Source: a virus (taxonomy: Duplodnaviria > Caudoviricetes). From it: a stretch of 32,188 nt of DNA. Of this stretch, positions 26,048 through 32,188 are shown piece after piece. The notes beneath the pieces are model-generated. The model worked only from the letters and a program-made list of their open reading frames with translations. It did not search any database and was not told the origin of the DNA. The stretch spans positions 1-32,188 of the IMG/VR virus record IMGVR_UViG_3300035162_000133, one strand, 5' to 3'. Each line of letters begins with the position of its first letter. Within the stretch, counting starts at the first letter, position 1. The position numbers and the translations under genes are program-made.

Positions 26048-26108
26048 TTGTCAAGTATGATTTTAATTTTATTTTATTGACTTCTTTAACTTTATATCTT
26101 TTCTTCAT
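25965..26108 (-). CDS. Unlisted 47-aa basic protein MKKRYKVKEVNKIKLKSYLTNADTKNN...
   Basis: ATG overlaps the upstream TAA (TAATG). The 3' half overlaps the membrane-protein gene by 83 nt. Confidence 0.4.
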   Translation of the reverse strand: MKKRYKVKEVNKIKLKSYLTNADTKNNTRQSGSSCSKRNSPKCNNIY

Positions 26109-26683
26109 TAATTATATGTAGTATCTAAAAAATCTCTTATAGTTATTTTTGTGTCATTTACTCTGTATCTTTCTAAGTTCATTCCTTGATAATAAGCATT
26201 TGAATCAGGTGTTACATCTGCACCTGTGTTTGTACTGTACTCTGGAAACAGACTAGAGTTATTACATAAATAATCAACAAGTCTTTCAGTATAAAATTGT
26301 GCAGTATTACTAATCTCTGATCTTAAATCTTGTGCTTCTGTTCTTGTTAAAGGTGTAGAGTTTTCAGCAGTTTTAGAAACTACATTATTATTCTGTACCT
26401 TGTATCTAAGAAATGGTAATACTTCATAAAAACTATAGTGTATCAATACATCAGCTATGTAATCATCTAATAACAACTTGTAGTTAGCATTAGCAACATT
26501 ACCAATAGTACCCCCACTAATCATTCCTTGTATAGCTACATACAGATTAGTTCCTAATTTAGTTTCTATATATTTCTCTTGTGCAATTCTAACGTATGGA
26601 AGTAGAAATTGTACATCTACGTTCATATTTATTGCAGTACTTGACTTTAATTTATCTTCACTTATTAGGAGTATATATGCCAT
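26108..26683 (-). CDS. Putative head-tail adaptor/connector
   Basis: Helical 191-aa protein directly after the portal (AQEKYIETKLGT.LY, FYTERLVDYLC...FPEY). Confidence 0.6.
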   Translation of the reverse strand: MAYILLISEDKLKSSTAINMNVDVQFLLPYVRIAQEKYIETKLGTNLYVAIQGMISGGTIGNVANANYKLLLDDYIADVLIHYSFYEVLPFLRYKVQNNNVVSKTAENSTPLTRTEAQDLRSEISNTAQFYTERLVDYLCNNSSLFPEYSTNTGADVTPDSNAYYQGMNLERYRVNDTKITIRDFLDTTYN

Positions 26684-26685
26684 AA

Positions 26686-28701
26686 TTATCTTGGGTTTAA
26701 AAATCCGTTATTCTTCATTCTTTTTGGTGCTTTAGCTACTTTGTTATCATTCTTTTGTGCAGTAAAACCTTCTGATTTAGCTTTAGTATATCCTATTAAT
26801 TGACTAGAAGATATATTACTCTTAGCATTAGTTAGTGAAGTTTTATAAATTTGTCTTAACCAAAAATGATGACAATTACCTCCTCCTTTGTAGAACCAAA
26901 TTGAATAAGTTGCAGCACCTTTTGCACCCCAACCTGCATTTACAGGCTTACTACCCATATTTATAATATCTTGTTTACGATATATCTTTTTTGCAGAAGT
27001 CATTAGTTTACAAAAATCTCTAGTTTCTCCTTCTTGTGATAAGAAATTATCTTTAGCATAAACGTATCTAACTTTGTAATAATCATTAAATGATTTATTT
27101 ACTCCATCTTGATTGTTTTTTCCTCTAGTTTTTGCATTAGGTCTTGCTATACCTGTAGATGCTAACTCTGTTTTATCATTAGCAAATTCATTAAGACTTT
27201 GTTCAAAATCAAAATCTTCGTGTTCTCCATCTACTTTTTCTTCATCTATTAATTCCCAATCTTCTGGTATATCTTCCATAGTATCTAAAAAAGATTCTAA
27301 TTCTGTTTTACCAAAATTCATTAGTTCTTCGTGAGATTCACAAGCCATAAAGACTGTCTTACCTTCGTATTCGTGTTCGTGGTAACCACTACACCCAAGC
27401 CTTTCAGCATTAGCCATAGCTTCCTCTTTAGTATTATAGACAGGCTTACCATCTATCATACCTACTTTATCAAAATCATCTTCTTCTACAACCTCATCTT
27501 GTTCTAATGGTGCTAATCCAAGTTCTTCTCTAATTTCTTCTTGTGTCATTACTGACCTCATATCTTCAATGTCAAATTGAGTTGTAATAGGTTTTGCTTG
27601 TACAAATGAAATAGGCATATCCATATCGTTAATCTTAAATATCTTAGCCAATACTCTTAATATATGTACTTGGAAGTTTTTAATTACAGTATTTAAAAAT
27701 ACTTCAAAAGCTGCATTTAATTCATCTACATTAGAACCTAAACCAGAATCACTTTTTATTCCAAATAATAAAGGAGATACTACTCTGTGTCCTGTAAGTA
27801 TATTTTGTACTAGAAGTTCTTGTAAAGCTAAATATTGTTTGTCTGCATTACTAACTGATATTGGGAATATCTCTGGAGTTCTTGTTTTGTCATCTGAAAA
27901 AGTAATAACCATCTTTCCAGAATTAGAACTGCCTGAAAATTTATTAGCTAAACTTCTTTCTAAAGAAATTCTTTCTTCTTGTGTAGGAACTCCATTAGCA
28001 AAGTTAATCATATACGAACCACTAAATCCATTAGAAATGTTATTTAAATGAAATTCAGCCACCTTTTGATCTACCATAGCCCAGTTATTTGTAGCTAAGT
28101 AGTCTGGTGTGTGATATACATCCATATTAGGGCTATATAAGCCACTATAAAGTAATTGACTAGCACCTGTTCTATCGTTAGTATTAAAGGCTGCTATAGG
28201 TGTAGGTGGGTTTTCTCTTGTATCACTCCAATCTGCAGATACATAATAAGTATCTACAACTCCCATAGCATTTGGGATTCCTGCTCTTACTCGTTCACAA
28301 GGAACGTGGTGTATCTCAACTATTTCTGTTTTAGCTTTGTTCCATATTAAGTGTAAAGCAAAAGCACCTTGTAATTTAAAATCTAATGATACTTTTTCTA
28401 ATATTTCGTGTAGTGTTTCTTTTCCATTTGCATAGTTAAAAAAGTTTTGTAGTTTAACATATCTGTCTACATTTTCTTCTTTACCATCTTCATCTATTAT
28501 TATATCATTTCCTGCAATCATAGCAGCAGTAGTTGTAATAATAGCCCTATGTGTACTAGAATTATTGTATAGATCAATTAAGAACTGTGGGTATAGATTA
28601 GCCCATTCTTCTGTTCCGTATTCTATCCAATCTTTACCTCTAACTTCCTGTACGATTGGAGAAGTTACACTTGATAAATCTACACTTAGTATATTTTCCA
28701 T
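26686..28701 (-). CDS. Portal protein with C-terminal Cys/His-rich extensions
   Basis: LYNNSSTHRAII, DFKLQGAFAL, NNISNGFS, FSGSSNSGK, ILTGHRVVSPLLFGI and EIREELGLAPL, followed by ~270 extra aa. Confidence 0.85.
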   Translation of the reverse strand: MENILSVDLSSVTSPIVQEVRGKDWIEYGTEEWANLYPQFLIDLYNNSSTHRAIITTTAAMIAGNDIIIDEDGKEENVDRYVKLQNFFNYANGKETLHEILEKVSLDFKLQGAFALHLIWNKAKTEIVEIHHVPCERVRAGIPNAMGVVDTYYVSADWSDTRENPPTPIAAFNTNDRTGASQLLYSGLYSPNMDVYHTPDYLATNNWAMVDQKVAEFHLNNISNGFSGSYMINFANGVPTQEERISLERSLANKFSGSSNSGKMVITFSDDKTRTPEIFPISVSNADKQYLALQELLVQNILTGHRVVSPLLFGIKSDSGLGSNVDELNAAFEVFLNTVIKNFQVHILRVLAKIFKINDMDMPISFVQAKPITTQFDIEDMRSVMTQEEIREELGLAPLEQDEVVEEDDFDKVGMIDGKPVYNTKEEAMANAERLGCSGYHEHEYEGKTVFMACESHEELMNFGKTELESFLDTMEDIPEDWELIDEEKVDGEHEDFDFEQSLNEFANDKTELASTGIARPNAKTRGKNNQDGVNKSFNDYYKVRYVYAKDNFLSQEGETRDFCKLMTSAKKIYRKQDIINMGSKPVNAGWGAKGAATYSIWFYKGGGNCHHFWLRQIYKTSLTNAKSNISSSQLIGYTKAKSEGFTAQKNDNKVAKAPKRMKNNGFLNPR

Positions 28702-28709
28702 ATTTATTT

Positions 28710-28955
28710 TTATTCTTGTTCAGGTGTCCAGGCAGCAGTATTAACTATTGCTAAGATTTCTTCGTGAGTATATTGGTCTAATCCATCTAAAAACGTTGGA
28801 GTATCTCCCTCAAATTTAGCAATAAATAATGTACCATCTACTGACTTTCTAACAGTTTCTGCTGAATCTTCTACAATTTGTGAGAAGTCGCATACAGGAT
28901 TTCCCTCTGCATCTACTTCAGCTAATAATGTTGTTAATGGTGTTGTATAAATCAT
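28710..28955 (-). CDS. Small acidic protein following the adhesin (possible fibre chaperone/partner)
   Basis: 81 aa (DFSQIVEDSAETVRKSVDG...KFEGDTPTFL...YTHEEIL). Role inferred from position. Confidence 0.55.
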   Translation of the reverse strand: MIYTTPLTTLLAEVDAEGNPVCDFSQIVEDSAETVRKSVDGTLFIAKFEGDTPTFLDGLDQYTHEEILAIVNTAAWTPEQE

Positions 28956-28965
28956 AATTTAATTT

Positions 28966-31900
28966 TTAATTGTTTGGTGTATCAGGAACTATATCTCCTG
29001 CAGTCATATTAATCATTGTTCCGTAGTTATTTTCTGTAAATAAATCTATTGTTACAGGTAATCCAAAAGTTGGTGCATACGTTTCTGCTTGTGTTTGTTG
29101 TTCTAACTGCGCACCCCATATATATGCCCCTGAACTTCCATCTCCTGTATAAGATGATACTGATTGTGTGTCAGAAACCCAAAACTCACACCTTGCCTGT
29201 GCATTAGAGGTATTACTTAATGTTATCCTAAACCAACCATTATTTACTTGTTCTATAGTAGAATTATTAGGTGCGCCAAGATATGTAATTCCAAGAGTAC
29301 CATTTATTAAATCATACCATCTTCCAACACTTTGGTCTGCAAATCTAATTAACATATATCTTCTTCCGTTATATTTAACAAATACTGAAATAGAAGCATT
29401 TGGCGATATTGACACAGTTGAGGTTTCGTAAATTCTATGCACAGAATTACTTGTATTTTCAATTAATTTATAAGCAGTAGCAGTTCCATCAGGAGAAATA
29501 AATCCACCTGTAACACTTACACCATCTTTTACCCAACTACTTTGTGTAAAATCTTCACTATAAGTAACTAAGTTAGTAGTTGTTGCTTTTCTTACTGATG
29601 CTACACCATAAGATGGTAAGTATGCAGTAGCTTGATGTTGTTGTTCTGCTTGTGCGCCCCAAGCCAAAACATCAATACTTTGTGCAGTTGTTACATCAAA
29701 CAAGGTTAAAGCTGCTGCGTTTGAAACACCTCCTGAAGTGTAAGTAAAAGTGTATCGTTGCCATTCTGTTGTTAAAGTAATTGTACCACGAATTGTATTT
29801 CCCCAACCAAAGTTTATTTCAGGAGTTCCATTTAATGATTTTAGAAAAATTGTTTGAGTATTAGTTACCCCACTTGTTGTAGTAAATAATTGATAAACTT
29901 CAGCATACCCTGTATTTCCTTTGTCTAATTGTACACGACTTGCATTTTGTGTTCCATCAGGAGAAATTCCATAATTTGGTGTAACACTTGCAGAAGCAGT
30001 ACCACCACCTGTTACTGTAGTCCATTGAGATAAATCTTGTGAATACGTTACTAAATTAGTAGTAGGTATATGTGCAAGATTAGGACTTGTTTGGTCTTGA
30101 ATGTTTGGAAACTTATCTAATATACCATCTCCCATTCTATAGTAGTTTCTAATCTTAGTTAGTGGATATTGGTTAGTGATATTACCCTCTACCATATTGG
30201 TCATAGTTGCAGGATTGCCTTGTACTTGTTTTACTGATACATTGTCTATTGAGCCTGTAAAAGTTCCAATAGCATATACTCTTAAAGTCATAGTACCTGT
30301 ATAAGTAGGAGAAAAATAAAATATTACTGTTACGGTTTCTTGTGTAGTATCACTATAACTACCTAATGTTGTATTAACACCATCTGATATAAAATCAGAA
30401 TATAAATTAGTTTCGCCATTACCTGATATATAAGTTCTTTCATAGATTACTTTATATACTTTTCCTGCTTCTACACTTATGTCTTGTGAAATCCCTCTAT
30501 TTTGTGTCTGTCCACTTATTGATGCTTTACCATTTGCTATTGTCCATCCTGTTTGTTTTATCCAATCAGAATCAGTAGCAAAATCTCCATTAACAACTAT
30601 TTCAGCACCAAGAGTAGGATTAGTTTGGTCATAGATAACAGGGTACTCATCATTAATACCACTACCCATCTTCCAATATCCTTGTAGTCCTGTGTTTACT
30701 TCTTCTACTGTTACGTTGTCTATTGAACCTATGAAATTATTTCTTGCTGATATATAAAAAATTGAATTACCTGATGAAATATTTACATAATGTTTAAAAG
30801 CACCATTACTATTAACAACTATTTGTAAATCAGAACCACCTAAAGAAACATAAACATAACCTTGAGTAACATTAGATGCATTACCTTCAACTAAAAAACT
30901 TTTACCATTAAATGAAGAAATTGTTTGACTTAAATTTGATGTTGCATCTGTACCATCACTTGTGGCACTTCCACCACTAATAGTCCAATTAGAACCCTTT
31001 GTCCAATCAGTATCAGTAGCAAAATCACTATTCTGTACTATATTAGCATAAGGACTACCATTCTCTATATCACTAGCAGTCATATTGGTCATTATAGCAG
31101 GGTTACCATTTACTTGTTTTACTGATACGTTGTCTATTGAACCTACAAAATCCGAAGCAGATGAAGTAAAGAATAACGTACCATTAGCAGTAGAAGCAAC
31201 TGTAATATAACCTGTGTATGTTCCTGAGGTAGATTGTGTGCTACCTGCCCAAACTGAAGATGAATCTCCTAATCTAACACTACCACTTGTTATTGTATAT
31301 GTAACTGAATATTTACATACTTGATTCTGAGCTAATATTCCTGATTGATTAGCTATAATATAAACTCCTGCTGAATTTGAATTTAATTTACCACCACTTA
31401 TAGTTGTATTAGCACCTTTAACCCAATTACTATCTGTAGCAAAATCTCCATTAACAACTAACTCACTACCTAAAGTAGCATTTGTTTGGTCAGCAATCAA
31501 TGGATATGTATCTAATGTACCACTACCCATTCTCCAATAACCTACTAAGTTAGATGAAGATGTATAAGCTGCTTGATCTGTGTTTAAGTCTACAGGTAAT
31601 CCGTGATTGTATAAAGAAGATACTTCATCAGCAGTTAGTGTAGAGTTCCATAATCCTACTTGACTTAATTCCCCACCTATAAAACTATTAGGGCTAGGTT
31701 GTAATCTAGCCATTATACCTAAAGGCATAGTGTTAGACAAAGAACCTGTTGCGCCTGTAAGAGAATCGTTTGTTCCTGAATTTACACCATCAATATATCT
31801 ATATCCTAATCCACTTCTATCAAAAACCCAAGCTATATGATGCCATTCCCCATCATTTACTGTAATAGTATCTTCTGTGTCGTAAGCTGCATTATTTGCT

Positions 31901-32188
31901 GCATCTTTCATATAATAACTTACTTTACCATTAGCTAAACCCATTTCATATCCTGCATCTGCTCTTTTAGCAAAAATCATTCCTTCTTCTTCTGTAGTTT
32001 TAAACCAAGCAGAAACAGAAAAATCATTTGTAGTTACATTAACAGAATCTGAATTAGATATATTTAAATAATCATCAGAACCATCAAAATCAACTTGCTT
32101 AGTATTAAATACTGTAGGGTTACCTGACTGATAGTCGTTTCTATTTACAAGTAGATTAGTAGGCATACCTTGATTGTATAGTGATGCT
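28966..32188 (-). CDS. C-terminal part of giant LamG/CBM-like adhesin (continuation of 2445..244)
   Basis: The listed Met at 32166 lies inside the repeat and equals the Met codon at 243 of the upstream ORF. Contains a LamG core, three YW/YRMG...MxNM segments and five CBM-like units. Confidence 0.88.
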   Translation of the reverse strand, partial: ASLYNQGMPTNLLVNRNDYQSGNPTVFNTKQVDFDGSDDYLNISNSDSVNVTTNDFSVSAWFKTTEEEGMIFAKRADAGYEMGLANGKVSYYMKDAANNAAYDTEDTITVNDGEWHHIAWVFDRSGLGYRYIDGVNSGTNDSLTGATGSLSNTMPLGIMARLQPSPNSFIGGELSQVGLWNSTLTADEVSSLYNHGLPVDLNTDQAAYTSSSNLVGYWRMGSGTLDTYPLIADQTNATLGSELVVNGDFATDSNWVKGANTTISGGKLNSNSAGVYIIANQSGILAQNQVCKYSVTYTITSGSVRLGDSSSVWAGSTQSTSGTYTGYITVASTANGTLFFTSSASDFVGSIDNVSVKQVNGNPAIMTNMTASDIENGSPYANIVQNSDFATDTDWTKGSNWTISGGSATSDGTDATSNLSQTISSFNGKSFLVEGNASNVTQGYVYVSLGGSDLQIVVNSNGAFKHYVNISSGNSIFYISARNNFIGSIDNVTVEEVNTGLQGYWKMGSGINDEYPVIYDQTNPTLGAEIVVNGDFATDSDWIKQTGWTIANGKASISGQTQNRGISQDISVEAGKVYKVIYERTYISGNGETNLYSDFISDGVNTTLGSYSDTTQETVTVIFYFSPTYTGTMTLRVYAIGTFTGSIDNVSVKQVQGNPATMTNMVEGNITNQYPLTKIRNYYRMGDGILDKFPNIQDQTSPNLAHIPTTNLVTYSQDLSQWTTVTGGGTASASVTPNYGISPDGTQNASRVQLDKGNTGYAEVYQLFTTTSGVTNTQTIFLKSLNGTPEINFGWGNTIRGTITLTTEWQRYTFTYTSGGVSNAAALTLFDVTTAQSIDVLAWGAQAEQQHQATAYLPSYGVASVRKATTTNLVTYSEDFTQSSWVKDGVSVTGGFISPDGTATAYKLIENTSNSVHRIYETSTVSISPNASISVFVKYNGRRYMLIRFADQSVGRWYDLINGTLGITYLGAPNNSTIEQVNNGWFRITLSNTSNAQARCEFWVSDTQSVSSYTGDGSSGAYIWGAQLEQQTQAETYAPTFGLPVTIDLFTENNYGTMINMTAGDIVPDTPNN
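32068..32188. repeat. 121-bp exact direct repeat, copy 2 (window end)
   Basis: Identical to 145-265. Confidence 0.97.

Larger units (their letters stand above)
145..32067 (-). mobile_element. Complete or near-complete circularly closed tailed phage genome (siphovirus-like, probable Bacteroidota host)
   Basis: Terminase, portal, prohead protease, capsid, tail tube, tape measure, lysis and replication genes are all on the minus strand. The 121-bp end repeat closes the circle in frame within one ORF. Confidence 0.9.

Noticed and set aside
3592-29431. All plus-strand ORFs in the track (e.g. 3592-3885, 4925-5377, 13737-14108, 17973-18284, 29168-29431) and the nested minus ORF 9765-10007
   Set aside because: They lie wholly over well-supported minus-strand genes, mostly use non-ATG starts, and have the Ser/Phe/Ile-rich composition of shadow frames.
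28966-32166. 1066-aa ORF as an independent gene starting at Met 32166
   Set aside because: That Met is internal to the 121-bp repeat and in frame with the ORF from 2445, so it is the second part of one gene.
1-32188. Alternative genetic code, tRNA genes, introns or inteins
   Set aside because: Genes are full length and tightly packed under the standard code. No cloverleaf was seen in the few intergenic gaps, and TerL is uninterrupted.

Overview
The window appears to be a complete, very AT-rich tailed dsDNA phage genome of siphovirus type. It closes into a 31,923-bp circle (145..32067). The last 121 bp (32068-32188) are identical to 145-265, while bases 1-144 are an alternative in-frame branch. 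All credible genes are on the minus strand. TAnnTTTG promoter boxes and A-rich, Shine-Dalgarno-less starts point to a Bacteroidota (probably Flavobacteriia) host. The modules are early/replication (SSB-like, DnaA-domain-IV-like, HTH initiator, NinG), middle (ECF-type sigma-like factor, amino-MTase, NinB), packaging, tail, head and lysis. I saw no integrase, polymerase, reverse transcriptase, tRNA or CRISPR. Five observations stand out. (1) A candidate ~60-nt plus-strand small RNA (16124-16184) has its own host-type promoter and terminator, and its 5' seed is antisense to the ATGAAA starts of early genes; these starts are absent from the main late genes. (2) A five-copy late promoter motif, CAAA-N15-TCTATTATAT, sits 3 nt from the ATG in three cases, and the phage encodes a candidate sigma factor. 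(3) An ~1800-aa adhesin spans the circular junction and is built from recursively nested (Russian-doll) LamG and CBM-like domains, with two alternative innermost LamG alleles captured. (4) A tail-chaperone gene carries a -1 frameshift site. (5) A 12-bp-period ATTAAC array lies over the early promoter. All functional calls come from reading motifs by eye, not from database searches.
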